A stretch of 64,000 nucleotides of DNA, taken from NCBI GenBank assembly GCA_038087875.1, contig CM075997.1, forward strand, positions 6,326,001-6,390,000, written 5' to 3'. The notes beneath the pieces were generated by a model. It did no database searches. It worked only from the letters and a program-made list of their open reading frames with translations, and had not been told where the DNA came from. This DNA comes from Malacoraja senta (taxonomy: Eukaryota). Positions within the stretch are counted from its first letter, which is position 1; each line of letters opens with the position of its first letter. Positions 46,291-59,803 of this stretch are shown here, piece by piece. The position numbers and the translations under genes were made by a program.

Positions 46291-47316
46291 CTTCAGTATA
46301 TGGAACTTCGTTACTGTCTAACAAACCGTTTCTTTAGGATCTTTATGGCATGCATCTATTTCAAAGTTGAATACTATTCAGGTCCCATTTACAGGGATCC
46401 CAGGAGACATTTGGATTTCTGGATGGGGCTATGATAATGGTTATGCGTTACTATGGGCTATTTCAGCTCCCAGGTTATCTACCAAATTACTAAACCGGTG
46501 CTGGGACTGCTCAGAGCTCAAAAATCACTTGTTATGGCTTAGCTGGATGATATTCTAAACGCTGTTTTTGCTAAAATCAACTGTTTTCAGCCGCAACTAT
46601 ATTTAAGAAATTGAGGTTCCTCCAGATAATGAAGTTGATACCAACTACAGTTATTGGTTATTCGGTATTACTGTTAACTATTCATTATCTTGCCCTGGGG
46701 CAAGAGATTGGAATCAATAGAAGCCTGTAACAATCTTGTTATCAAGCAGTCTTCTATTCATCAAGTGTAAATTGGCAATATAGCAGCTGTGTTTCGGCTG
46801 TGCAATTGGTAACGGATCTATGCTTTTACCAGCTGAAGCCACCAAAGCCACAATGGTGGACGAACAATATTCAGCATTGCTCCAGTAGTTGGTCAACAAA
46901 TCTTCAGTTATTACTAACTGATGCAAATGCTCTAAGATGCGAAATTACGAATGCCATCTCTAGTTATGGAGACGAATGAGATTTGCATGAATTACCAATT
47001 CTTCAGTTGGCATCAACTACCTATAGACACTAGGTGCATACTATGGGTTAAAGGGCTATTGTGCGGATATGCATGCTCAGTTCCACGTTGATACACTGTG
47101 GCATTTGTTTGTCACATGGGTGCAATCAAGCCAAAGTATCCTGTCATATTTACCCAACCTTATTTGGCGTTGGTGTATCATCACGTATAATCAATGACTA
47201 CACAGAATGGATGTAGGATCACTAGTATTTTATGACATCATGGCTCTATGGAACACCGAATATCGATATGTTTGCATCCAGGCTCTTTCACCAGTTGCAA
47301 GACATCTGGCATGACA

Positions 47317-47770
47317 TAGATACATAGAAAATAGGTGCAGGAGTAGGCCATTCGGCCATTCAATATGATCATGGCTGATCATCCAACTCAGTATCCCGTA
47401 CCTGCCTTCTCTCCATACCCCCTGATCCCTTTAGCCACAAGGACCACATCTAACTCCCTCTTAAATATAGCCAATGAACTGGCCTCAACTACCCTCTGTG
47501 GCAGAGAGTTCCAGAGATTCACCACTCTCTGTGTGAAAACGTTTTTCCTCATCTCGGTCTTAAAGGATTTCCCCCTTATCGTTAAGCTGTGACCCCTTGT
47601 CCTGGACTTCCCCAACATCGGGAACAATCTTCCTGCATCTAGCCTGTCCAACCCCATAAGAATTTTGTACGTTTCTATAAGATCCCCTCTCAATCTCCTA
47701 AATTCTAGCGAGTATAAGCCAAGTCTATCCAGTCTTTCTTCATATGAAAGTCCTGACATCCCAGGAATCC
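47317..47770 (-). mobile_element. CR1 3' fragment inserted in DIRS-A
   Basis: ORF 47388..47759 MSGLSYEERLDRLGLYSLEFRR...; 7-bp direct repeat CATGACA at 47310-47316 and 47771-47777. Confidence 0.92.
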
Positions 47771-48772
47771 CATGACAGTGGTGAGAGATACATTCTCGTT
47801 ACACGGAGGAATGTACTTTTATGTCGTTACTCGATTTTGCCTCATCAGTCGGGTCTTGCAACAAATTCAGCAAGATCCCGCTTCAGGGCTTTTCGTACTG
47901 TCTGACAGGCCTATGTAGCCATGGTTTCCCGCAATGTTGGGAATCATAGTAGAAGCCTATATGGGGTTTCTAAACATAAACTTTGCTGGTTCAGCCTGGG
48001 ACTCGGGGAACCAGCCTCTGCATGAATAATCAATTCATTGCCTTACAGAATCTGAGAAGAGAATCCCTGCGGCTCGGGATGTCAGACTGATCCATGTATG
48101 TGCTCACTGCAGTGTGCAGGGATAACACCAGCAAAGCAGTACATTTCCTCTTCAGGAGATGGGAAGCATTTCTGTTTAAATACGGCACGGACACTGACGT
48201 CTTAAAGTTCATTTTTCAATGGGGCCTTGACAATAATTAGGTTATAGTCCCATCAACTGTGCCAACGTGCTTCTCATCATATTTGCTGCAACGAGCGGGA
48301 CCCAGCTCTGTCGGGTCTCACCCTCTGATGCCAGTTTATTAGGATATTTTTTTTTAATTTTAATTTTTTAATTTTATTTATTAGAAGTACATTACATTAC
48401 AACCAATTACACTAGTACTCATCACATATATCTTATTACAATTAATGTACTCCGTTTATTTTCGACACTAATAAAGGGAAAGGATAAGATTGAGAAAAAG
48501 AAGAAAGTGAAGGAAAAAAGTGAAGGTGTAAACAACGTGACAAAAAAAGAAGAAAAAAAAAAAGACCCTATAAGAAAGAAATTAAACACAACAGGAAAGA
48601 GTTAAGAAATAGACCCTAAAAAAGAAGAAAAAAGAGAAAGAGGGAAAAGAGAAAAACAGATATATATTTTTTGTAAGCATCACGCAAATGGGCCATACCA
48701 ACTCTCCAGCTTTCATCCCCCCCCCTTACCTGACCTCAGTCAGTTTTTTTTTTTTTTTAGTACTTTTGGACC

Positions 48773-51700
48773 CTATACCTGTAATAATTCTATAAATGCA
48801 GACCACGTCAGGTGGAAGTGATCTGGTTTACCTGCCAGGAGGACTCTTATCTCTTCTAGGTGTAATGTTTCGAACATATTTGAAATCCACATGTTTATAG
48901 TTGGTATTGGAGCGTTTTTCCAGAATTTTAGGATTAACTTTTTTCCAGTTATTAACCCATAGTCTATTAATTTCTTTTGGAACACGTTTAGTTCTGGACT
49001 ATCTTCCGTTGTTCCGAAGATAATCCATTCTGCTTTGGGTATCAATTTAATTTAAAATAATTTTGTAAAAATTTCAAAAATTTCAATCCAAAATGTTTGA
49101 AATTTTGTACAGAAAACAAATGAGTGCGCTATAGTAGCTTCTTGAAATTGACAATTATCACAAATTGATGATACATTTGGGAATATTTTATTATTTTAAT
49201 TTTAGAATAGTATAATCTATGTAAAATTTTAAATTGTATTAAAGTGTGTCTTACATTAATCGAACATTTATGCATGTTTAATAAATATTCATTCCACCTT
49301 TCCTTTGAAATTTTAATAGCTAATTCTTGTTCCCAGTCTCTTCTAATACCTTCTGTAGATGGTATTTCTACATTTAAAATAATATTATACAAATATATTA
49401 AGTTTGTTGATTCAGCTTTTATCTGCATTGCTTCATCCAATACATCTGTTGAGGTATTATGATGATCTTTTGTATATTTTTTCAAATAGTCACATATTTG
49501 AAAATATTTAAAATATTGATTATTTCCGAGTTTATATTATATTTGTAGTTGTTGGAATGATAGTAATTTTCCAGTTTCGTACAAATTACCGAACGTTTTA
49601 ATTCCTAGTCTATCCCATTGTATGAAAGATTTGTCTGTAATAGAGGGATTGAATGAAGGGTTATTAATTATGGGAGATAAAAATGATAAATGTCTTCATT
49701 TTAAATTTTGTTTTATTTGTTTCCAAGTTCTAATTGTGCTATGTATAATTGGGTTTTTGTTATAATTTATGTTATTCAGTTTCATTGGTGAGAGAAGGAT
49801 CGCTCCAATGTTTCCAGAGGAGCAGTCCTCTCTCTCTCCATTACAATCCAGTCCACTTGCTGGGCAGAGTTGTCCATCAGTTGAATCATATTTTTAATAT
49901 TTACTGACCAATACATGAAATTAGGGAGTGCTAAGCCCCCTAATACTTTAGCTTTGTTCAAGTGTGTTCTTTGTATTCTATGTGATTTATAGTCCCATAT
50001 AAAATTCGTAATGTCTGAATCCAGTTTAAAAAAAAACTTCTTTGGTAGGTATATAGGAATCGATTGAAATAGGTATAAAATTTGTGGTAAAAAGATCATT
50101 TTTATTGCATTTATTCGGCCTATTAAAGACATCGGGAGCGTTTTCCAAAATTTAATTCGTGTATTTAATTTATTAAGTAAGGGATCAAAATTTGCTTTAA
50201 ACATGCCTTGATATGTTCTAGTGATTTCGATTCCCAAGTATTTAAATTTTTCTGTAGCTATTTTAAAAGGGAATTTTAAAAGATGTGTTGAGTCTTTCGG
50301 TTTTATTGACATAATTTCACTTTTATTCCAGTTTATTCTATATCCAGAAAAGGATCCAAAATCCTCAATTAAGTTTAATATATTTGGTATAGTAATTTGA
50401 GGTTTTGTAATGTACAGTAATATATCATCCGCGTATAAAGATATTTTATTATTTGAATATTTAGTATTATACCCATGAATATCTGGGTGTGTTCTGATTT
50501 TTTCTGCTAACGGTTCAATTATGAGAGCAAACAACTGTGGTGATAATGAGCATCCTTGTCTATTTCCCTTTGATAGTTGAAATTTTGAGGATAATATGTT
50601 ATTAGTTAATATTCTAGCTGTAGGTTTATTATATAATAGTTTAATCCATAAAATAAAATTCTCTCCCAGTTGGAATTTTTGTAATACTTTATCCATATAA
50701 TTCCATTCTACTTGGTCAAATGCTTTTTCAGCGTCCAACGAGATGATTGATAATTCTTGTTCTTCAGATTTATGTGAATGCATTATATTGAGTAGACGTC
50801 TCATATTATTAGATGAGTATCTTTTAGGGATAAACCCAGTCTGATCTGGGTTTATTAGTTTGCTAATATATTTACTTAATCTTCTAGCTAGTGTTTTCGC
50901 TAATATTTTTTGATCTGTGTTTAACAATGCTATAGCTCTATATGAACCCGGTTCTTCCATATCTTTCTCTTTTTTAAGTATTAGTGTGATCGTTGATTCA
51001 GCTAGTGTGTCAGGTAATATTTGTTTTTTAAAAGCATATTGGTACATTTTTTGTAATCGTGGTATAATTTTGTCGTAGAAGTTTTTATAAAATTCATTAG
51101 TAAATCCATCAGGACCTGGTGTTTTTCCATTTTTTAATGAGTTTATGTATCTTCTAATTCCTTAAGTGAGATTTGTGCTCCCAGTTCCTCTTGTTCCTTC
51201 AACTCCAACTTTGGAAGCTTACAATTATCCAAAAACTCTGTAATTTTATAGGAGTCAGTTGTCGTTTTAGATGTATACAAATTCTCATAAAATTGTGCAA
51301 ATCTTTTATTAATATCCCTCGGTATGATTAATAATTCCCCTCTATCTGATTTAATCTTTGGGATCGTATGTCCCCTTTCTCGTTTTTTTAGCTGGCGAGC
51401 CAAAAGTTTATGCGGTTTATCCCCAAATTCAAAGTGCTCTTGTTTTGTAATTTGAAAAAGTCTTATAAGTTTGGCTGATAATAGTTTTTTTAATTTAATT
51501 TTCAAAATTATTATTTTATTATGTTTATCTATTGATGGATCTTTAGCATTGTCTATATCCATTTGTCTAATACGTTCCTCTAACTGTCTTTGTTCATTCT
51601 TATTCTTTTTATTTTGAAAAGCTTGATATGAAATTATAATACCTCTAATGTATGCTTTAAAAGATTCCCATAATACAGTAGGCGATATATCTGGAGTGTC

Positions 51701-52429
51701 ATTTATTTCAAAAAAGGCGTCCATTTGTTCTTTTAAATATATACTCGCTTGTGGATCTTTTAGGATGTGAGAATTAAATCTCCAAAATGGTTTATTCTTA
51801 GACATTCCTTCCAGTTTTAAAAAGAAAGTTAGTGGTGAATGGTCTGAAATCGAATTTGTATGGTATGTTGGGTTAAAAGTATGAGGGATTAATTTTGTGT
51901 CCACCAGGAAATAATCTATACGTGAGTATGTTTTGTGTACCATTGAATAAAACGAGTATTCCCTGCCAGTTGGATTAACAATTCTCCAAACATCTACTAT
52001 ATTAGTATTGTTTATATAAGTATTTTAAAATTCACTGGTTTTAGATTTCATATTCCCTCTCTGTTTTTGGCTTGATTTATCTAAATATGGATCTAAAACA
52101 CAGTTAACGTCTCCTCCTATTATAACATTTTGATAATTAAACTCTGCGATTATGTTCAGAATTTTATTGAAAAAATGAGGGTTGTCAAAATTAGGTGCGT
52201 ATATATTTACCAAGGTAATTGGAGTATCATGAATTTCTCCATTAACTATTAAGTATCTCCCTTCAATGTCTGTTATAGTATTCTTTGCTTTGAATGGTAT
52301 ACCTTTTCTTATAATGATTGACGTACCTCTAGATTTCGAAGTAAATGAAGAATGGTATGTTTGACCTATCCATTTCGCCCTCAACCTAGCTTGATCCTGA
52401 GATTTTAGATGAGTTTCTTGTAGGAAGAT
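48773..52429 (-). pseudogene. L1-B ORF2 (EN-RT-Cys), frameshifted; its first ~35 codons lie at about 57305-57415
   Basis: IFLQETHL, NIYAPN, YSRIDY, SDHSP, SLDAEKAFD, QGCSLSP, LYADD and QFKILHRLY. Confidence 0.92.
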
Positions 52430-53915
52430 AATAGTAAGATTAAACGAGAACTTACCTAAGTTTGAAGTTTGATCTTTATTTTATGAGGAGTTACGTAGGT
52501 GATTATGTGAAGAACCCCGCCTGCGCGTCAATCTTCAAAGCAGCGGTGTGAAATCACAAAAAACAACAACCGAAGTAATATAGTCTCATAATAAAACGAG
52601 TAATACAAGAACTCCCATCTGACCTTTATGATAGAGGGTAGGGTCGTGGTGGGCACGTAATCACCTACGTAACTCCTCATAAAATAAAGATCAAACTTCA
52701 AACTTAGGTAAGTTCTCGTTTAATCTTACTATTTTACTTCGGAGTCACGTAAGTGACTACGTGAAGATTTTAAAGCTTTGTGATTTCATGCCGTGGATCA
52801 ATCCCGGCTTCTCACTGCATAGATTGACTCGGAACGAGAATAATCAATCATGCATTCATAATAACATTTGTACCACAAATGCAGTAATTCATTTCAATAA
52901 TGAAATGAATCAGAGCCCCTTTAAACCAGAGGAATTTACACAGAACTTAAAATAGTTTCTGCAAACAACCCCGCATTAACAATAGGCCGATGGTAAAAAT
53001 GTTGAAACATCAACTCATTGGACCACCCGGCGGCTGCGAGGATATGGTCGACGGGGACGTCTTTTGCCCTGGCCGCCGACGTTTCTGCTGCCCTAGACGA
53101 ATGAGACGTAAAAACATAAGTGTTAATACCAGCAGCTGTTAAGACTTCTTTTATCCATCTGGAAATAGTCTGTATTGAAACTCTCTTGTGTGGTTTCTTG
53201 TGTGTGATCAACAACCCAGTTTCCGTATTCTCAAATTCTTTGTGACCTCAATGTATTGTAATAAATATGTCTTAATACAGAGACATGGATCATTTGGATA
53301 TGCTGCTAGCATAATTTTAAATCCTGTCACACCTGGCCTAATTTACTTTAGTAGGTCATAGATATAGAATGTAACCTTGTCTTCAGTTACTTCCATACTG
53401 TCTATTTGTAATTTTCCAAGTGTTTGCACTCGTTGTGCTGTCACTCATGCCATAAGCATGAATACTTTCATACTGAGCTTGACCAAAGGTAAAGACACAC
53501 TTGATGACCATTCACGAAGTAGTTTCAGTACCACACTTACATCCCAGATTGTCACATACCTAGGTTTCGGTGGTTTGGAATTAAAGATTCCTTTCATTAA
53601 TCTGGAAACAATTGGGTGTGACCCAATTGAGTTTCTTTCTGAATCCAGAACCAAATATGAGGACAATGCACTTCTGGCTGAATTAATTGCACTACAACTC
53701 AGACCTTCATCATAATAAAGTTTTGACAGAAATTCTAAACATTTGAAATATCTGCAGTACTTTATTGCAAATTCTTTTGTACACAGAACTCTTCCCATTT
53801 CTTAATATAAGAAAGGTACTGTTTTTGAGTGCTCTTCCTCCAGGCTGCCGTAAGCATGTCCACAGTATGCTCAGACAGTCCTCGTCCCAGAAAAGGCATT
53901 CTTAAAACCTGCAAA

Positions 53916-54296
53916 TCAACAAATCCAAACGATCATATAATGGATGTTGTTCCCATGTACAGGGTGCAGCAATAAATTACTCTTTTTTGGGACTTTCATC
54001 AACATTTGTGTTGTTAATTCAAATATCAACGGATACCATGGCTGTGTAGGCCAATCTGGTACTACCAATACCCTTGAAGCAGCATCTTGCCTGATTTTAT
54101 GCAAACATTGGCTTATGAGGCAGAAAGGTGGAAATATATATGAAAACATACCACCCCAATGTAGCGAGAAAGCATCAATCGCCACTGCTCCTGGATCTGG
54201 TTTCCATGAGACATACCTCGATAGCTGATGATTCAAGTCGATGTCGGTCATTCCAAATCTGATTACTATATCATTGAATACCTCTTGATTCAACAT
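53916..54296 (-). pseudogene. DIRS DNA N6-adenine methyltransferase-like domain
   Basis: DIDL..N.QLSRYVSWKPDPGAVAIDAFSLHWG..YIFPPFCLI..LVVPDWPTQPWYP. Confidence 0.8.
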
Positions 54297-56294
54297 CCAT
54301 TCTTTATTATCATGGAACTTTTCGTGACCTGGTGTCTGCTATCGTGTTCATTCTACCTGGTAGATAGATAGCTGAAATCCAAATGTTCTTTTCAATACAC
54401 CAAGACCAAAGTTGATTTAACCATTTTGTCACATGACACCGACTTAATTCCACCCATATCATTAATGTAGGCAACTACTGTTGTGTTTATTAATTTGAAC
54501 TTGAACCTTCCTTTTAGTTGTGTTAGAACCATAAGCTTGGAGTCCATAGAAACCTCCTAAAAGCTCCAAATAGGTAATTCCCCATGTCTGCAGTAACACT
54601 AACTTTTCCTGATTCCATCTGCCTCCGCAGCTCCATGTTAAGTCAGTTGCACCCCATCCTAGTGCACTGGCATCAGTTTGTAATATCATGGAATGTTGTT
54701 CAATCAGCACTTTGCCTGAACTGCTTGAGACATGTAGAATCCACCACTGCAGCTTAGAAACAGCATTTGTTGTTACTTGCATGGTTCTATCAAAATGACC
54801 AGCATTTACTCTCAGTGCCTGTTCTTTGATTCTCTGCAGCTGTTGATAATGTAATGGTCCAACTGGACTGCTGGGAATCTACTAATTTTCCCAGTACTCG
54901 AGCCACCTGTCTGATTAGAGGTTTTTGCTCGTTTAACAGATTACTGCAATCTTTAATCAACTCCACCCTTTTTTCACTGGGCAAAGTAATTTGCATTTGG
55001 GCTAAATCAATTGTGAACCCCAAATAATCAATCGAGGTACATGTTTTTAACCTTGATTTCTTTGGATGAATTTAGAAACCCCCAAACTTTCAAAAGTTTG
55101 ATTTTATTACTGCAACCGATGCTTCTGTTGACTGTTTTGTCCTTCCTATAATCAGGACATCATCCAGGTATGCCATTAGTACATGCCCCTGGCTCTCAGC
55201 AACCCCAGAATTGATTTTAACAATTTTATGAATATTCTGGGAGGAACGTTAACCCATTAGGCAGAGCTTTGAACTGCCCTAATTGGTTCATCCATGTAAA
55301 TTTAAGATACTTCACATCTTGCAAGTGAACAGACACTGAACAAAAGGATTCAGACTTGTCAAGTCTATAATAATCCTACATCCTCCATCCTTTTTTGATC
55401 GAGGGAATATATTTGACCCAAATTGGTGAATTTGGTAGACTGATTCTTCAATAACACCTTTTATATATAGGGTTTTGAAGCGCAACTTGAACCTCCATTA
55501 CTTCGCAAAGTGGAGAGTTCTGCTAGGAACATGCTGGACAGGCAAATCATAATTTGGATTGAATTCAATTCGAAATCCTTGTATATTATTCAGAATTACC
55601 ACATCTGAAGTAATCTTCTTCCAATGTTTATAGAAGAGACGTAATCTGCCTCCAACTTTTGGACAATCCAGTTAGTATGTTCCCCTGAGAACCAGGTCCA
55701 CCTACCTCTTGAGTCATTTGAGTATTCTGAGATCCCTGGATTCTCCCGGAAGCACCACCACTGGTCCTTACTCCCGCTGCAGGCCGCCAGCTACGTCACT
55801 GCGTTGATGAGCGACTTGGTCCTGGTCTAGGATCCGTATGATGTCTGAAAGGATACTTCCTCTTTACAGACTTTGCAACCATTGATGTTTTTATCAATCC
55901 TGTTTTCGCTTCATCTTCCAACTCTTTAATACGTCTCCCGAGATCCTCTCCAAAGAGTAAGTTGGGTAATTGTATATTACTTGGTTTGCAGAGTGCTGCG
56001 AATTTCGGATTCATAGTAGCCGTATAGCACTTTCCTCAGATAATTGATCTCGAAGTGGGTGCTGCATAGCAACCCCAGTGCTTCCTGATGCAACTTCGTC
56101 ATCTCTTGGCTGTTACCTGTTATTCTGGTAAAAGCAGTTATTCCAGAACCCAGCAGCTTTAATATTCTCTGTAACTGATTCCAGATAATTTGGTTCACTG
56201 CTGCTGCTTTCAGCAACCCACAGTTACTTGGGGTCTCCTGCTTTCTTGCAGTCTCATCCATCTCCTGCTGTTCCAGCTGATGGTAAACCAAGTA

Positions 56295-56400
56295 ACGTTA
56301 CCTATTTCCTTCGCTCCATAGATGCTGCTGCACCCGCTGAGTTTCTCCAGCATTTTTGTGTACCTTCGATTTTCCAGCATCTGCAGTTCCTTCTTTAACA
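56295..56400 (+). mobile_element. Penelope-derived short unit, 5'-truncated at the hammerhead-like core, inserted in DIRS-C gag
   Basis: ACGTTACCTATTTCCTTCGCTCC...TTCTTTAACA, about one mismatch to the reverse complement of 16629-16733. Confidence 0.88.
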
Positions 56401-56619
56401 ATTTATTAAGGAGGCCAGTTCTTCTCCTAATGGCTCTCCTGACCCTGACGGGGCAGCAAATCCTACTGCCAGGGGTGGAACATCTGACAGCTGCCGTTCA
56501 TCGCCTTGTACAGCCTCACCGTCAGAGTCGGGGTCTGAAATCTCATGACCCGTAGCACGCTCCTCATTCCTGAGGGTGCATTCCATCAGCCCTGAGCCAG
56601 GTGCTGTTAAGCTGCTTCC

Positions 56620-56860
56620 TGCAGCTTGGATTACAGTTCACTCCTTCCTGAGTGAACTTTGCTCCAACAGCCTATGGAAAAGGCTTTCTATTGGGGCAAT
56701 ACGCTCGAAAGCAGTATCTAGCCCTGTACCAGGAGCTGTTTGAGCTGCTTCCAGCAGCTTGGCTTTCAGTACACTCCTCCCTGAGTGAACTTTGCTCCAA
56801 CAGCCTATGTAAAAGGCTTTCTATTTGGGCAATACGCTCGAAAGCAGTATCTAGCCCCGG
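56620..56860. repeat. ~133-bp tandem duplication in the DIRS-C gag-like region
   Basis: CTGAGTGAACTTTGCTCCAACAGCCTATG occurs at about 56648 and 56781. Confidence 0.88.
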
Positions 56861-58468
56861 AGCTACTTCCATTGCCTGGGACTCCCTCCGTGGGCCGTTG
56901 GGATTTAAACTTCGTCTTTTGCCCGACAGGCGCTGACTGTGTTTTCACCAGCCCCAGGTCCACAGTCGCTATGCTCACCGCTGGCGACTGTACCGGGGTT
57001 TAGAGGCGGTTGGTCTCTAAACCGCAGACTCCCGACTTTCCCGACTTCTGTCGGCTGTGTCACTCGCCTCTTCCCCCTGTCCGTTTTTTTCCATGGCGTC
57101 TGTGGAAAAAATCCCCATAGACCCACAGTAAACGGACCTGGAAAACATGAAAAAAGTTTCTACTTACCTTGTAGTTGAAAAACTACAAACCACTGTAGGA
57201 GCTCTGCTCCTCACATCCGTTTGCATCAAGGCGTCTGACGTAATGACGCGCAGGCGCACTGGCGGGGTTCTTCACGTAGTCACTCACATGACTCCGAAGT
57301 AAAATGTCAGAATTGTACAGTTTCAGCTGAGCTAGTATCTTAGCCCTTTTAATAGGTTCGTTAATACCTCTTATATTCCGACTCCTCCTAGGTTCTTTTG
57401 TTTAGCATCTTGCATTTTGAATAATTATAGTACCTTTAAATCTTGTGGTGCATCCATATCCCAGGTCTTTGGGTATTGGGGGAACCTTTGAATTTCTAAG
57501 TTTTGTTGGCATATCCCGTTTACACTTATCTCTATACACAAAACACAAATGTGAATTTATGTGATAATAAAAAAATAAAAATTAAAAAAGTGAAAATACC
57601 GTGTCTAAAATAGTCGACACTGTAACAAGTGGCCCACCTGTAGGGGGGAGAAAACCTTGTTTCGACTTCCATTGTTGGTGTTAAACAAATAACTCCGGTC
57701 TCTTGATTAATCATAACATATTAGAACGGGGCCTCACATTCAGATATATAATACAATTTTACCCTATATATTTCATTATAACATGTCATATATATATATA
57801 TCGCAATTTTTGCTACTAATTATTAAACAAATGATTTTAGCTTCAGTAATAGTCAACTGTTGGTTGAAGGGGTTAACGAGACGCACCCCTGGACCTAAGC
57901 CAGGTGCTCGTTTCTAATCCCCTCCTCCCAATTATAGATAAGGTTTAAATTTAATAAAAATTCATATTAGTTTTGTTAGTTCGTTATTTTTTATTTTTAT
58001 TAGCGTCCGTAGCTATTCTAATCTAACAGATAACTTGTTAAATTATTAGGTTGTTAGTAGGATAAAATCTTACAATTGGATTTAATTTTGTAAGTCTATT
58101 AAACAAATAATGCTTCTGGTATATTCCATACAGTTCAGTTCAGCTGTTTACTTGTTTTAAACAAAGAGTGTCCTTGATTCAAAATTCCATAGATAACAGT
58201 CTATCCATCCTAAACGAAACACTGCTTGGAATGGTTCTAATCTGCCAAACCTCCATTAACCGTGGAATTCTAGTTTTTTAGAATTAATTCATACTATTAA
58301 TTTCTATTTTTCAACGATGCTCTGGGCATATTTGAACGCTTCCTCAGGTTTTACAAATGACTTTTCAGAACCTTTAAAAGAAATACGCATTTTGGCTGGA
58401 TGAAAAACACCGAATCTGACACCTTGTTTCCCTCTTAAAAGCTCTTTAGCCTTCCCGAATTGATTTAT

Positions 58469-59371
58469 CTATTGCACAATTTCATACGGATAGTCCCTGA
58501 ATATTTTGATAATGTCATTGTCCAACCGAAGTTGCACTCCGTATTTGATTTTGCTCATGACATCTTCCAGTTCTGAAATGTCCCGAAATTTCACAATAAT
58601 ATGTCGTGGGTGAGTTTTTCCAGCTTCAGATCTCTGTTTAAATCTTGGGACACGATGAGCCACTTCAATTTTCGGTTCTTTGGAAAGATTAAGCAAATGT
58701 TTAAGTAAGCCCATGGCAAACTCACGAACGTCCTTTCCCTCGGTTCCCTCTGAGACTCCAACAATTCTCAAATTCTGGCGTCTAGAGCGAGCTTCCAGGT
58801 CCAGGCATTTGTCTGAGACTTTCCCCAATTGAGTCACCATCTGTACTGAAGTTTGCTCATATTCTTGCTTCCTTTGATCGTGTTCTTGCCTCATTTTTGC
58901 CATGTCTTCAACCACTCGAGCCATATTTTTCTCCAATTCCGTAATTGTAGCCATACTTGCAGCTACTGTTTCAAGCACAGCCGTGAACCTGTCCGTAGTA
59001 GTTTTTTCCATCTTATCCATTCTCCCTGATAGTCCATCATTGACATCATCAATTCGTTTATTTATAGTGTCCAGTGAATCAGCCACCTTCTGATTACCAG
59101 CGTTCGAATCCTTCATCATCTGTTCAATTTTTTCCATCATTTTCCCCATCAGAGTTTTATTTTCATCCAAAATTTCATCTTTCATATCTTTCACTGATTT
59201 CTTCAAATCATCAAATTCTTTGTCTTTACCCAGCTCTGTCTTAGATCTTGTATCCATTTCTGCAGCCACTTCAAAAGCTTCAGTGGTAACTTCTCCTTCA
59301 GGCTTCTTCAGGTTTTTCAGCAGCTTTTTCACTGATCTCTGAGGGCTCTTGGCTGGAGACAGTTTTCTCAT
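58469..59371 (-). pseudogene. L1-B ORF1 (premature stop before the C-terminal domain)
   Basis: Coiled coil, DLEARSRRQNLRIVGVSE, AHRVP, PRHIIVKF and IFRDYP. Homology continues to about 58310 (GVFHPAKMRISF). Confidence 0.9.
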
Positions 59372-59723
59372 TAAAAAGTCTTTAAGCCACCGTTTAAAAC
59401 ATCGCGCTTATTGATGACGTCATCAGCCCGTCGACCAGAAGCTCCGGTAAGGTTTTTAATCCAGTCCCGACTTATGGACCCGTTTTTACACGAAAAAGCG
59501 CGAAATTTTCTAGAGCGGAGCTAGGTGCACGTCTGTTAATCTAACATGGCGCCACCGGAAGCCTTATTCTATGAGACCCGACAGAGCGGGACCCAGCTCT
59601 GTCGGGTCTCACCCTCTGATGCCAGTTTATTAGGATATCTTTACACAAGTTCTCCCAGACCCAAGTACACGGAAGTATGGGATTTATATAATGATATATG
59701 GACACACTGATCTGTTTTGTAGT

Positions 59724-59803
59724 CAATGCCTTCTGTGTTCTGTTGTGCTGAAGCAAAGCGGGAGTTTCATTGTCCTATCAGGGACACTTGAACTTGAACT
59801 TGA
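59724..59803 (+). mobile_element. Rex1-type 3' tail insertion in DIRS-A
   Basis: AATGCCTTCTGTGTTCTGTTGTGCTGAAGCAAAG..(CTTGAA)n, as at 21860. Confidence 0.7.

Larger units (their letters stand above)
52430..57302 (-). mobile_element. DIRS retrotransposon C (complete structure, ORFs disrupted)
   Basis: Terminal inverted repeat and ICR at 52430-52770; other end CCGAAGTAA|AAT. YR 52936-53798 (FTSHSSRAA), MT-like 53916-54296, RNase H LQTDASALGWG, RT YLDD, gag-like 55800-57120. Confidence 0.94.
48348..59570 (-). mobile_element. L1 element B, full-length, disrupted, interrupted by DIRS-C
   Basis: 5' end GGCTTCCGGTGGCGCCATG, ORF1, about 0.9-kb AT-rich spacer, ORF2 pieces, A-rich tail at 48348-48380, and a 55-bp TSD. 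Confidence 0.94.

Noticed and set aside
52430..57302. RT plus tyrosine recombinase plus methylase read as a prokaryotic or novel defence/retron-like system
   Set aside because: This is the established DIRS1-type architecture with ITR and ICR, and all ORFs are disrupted.
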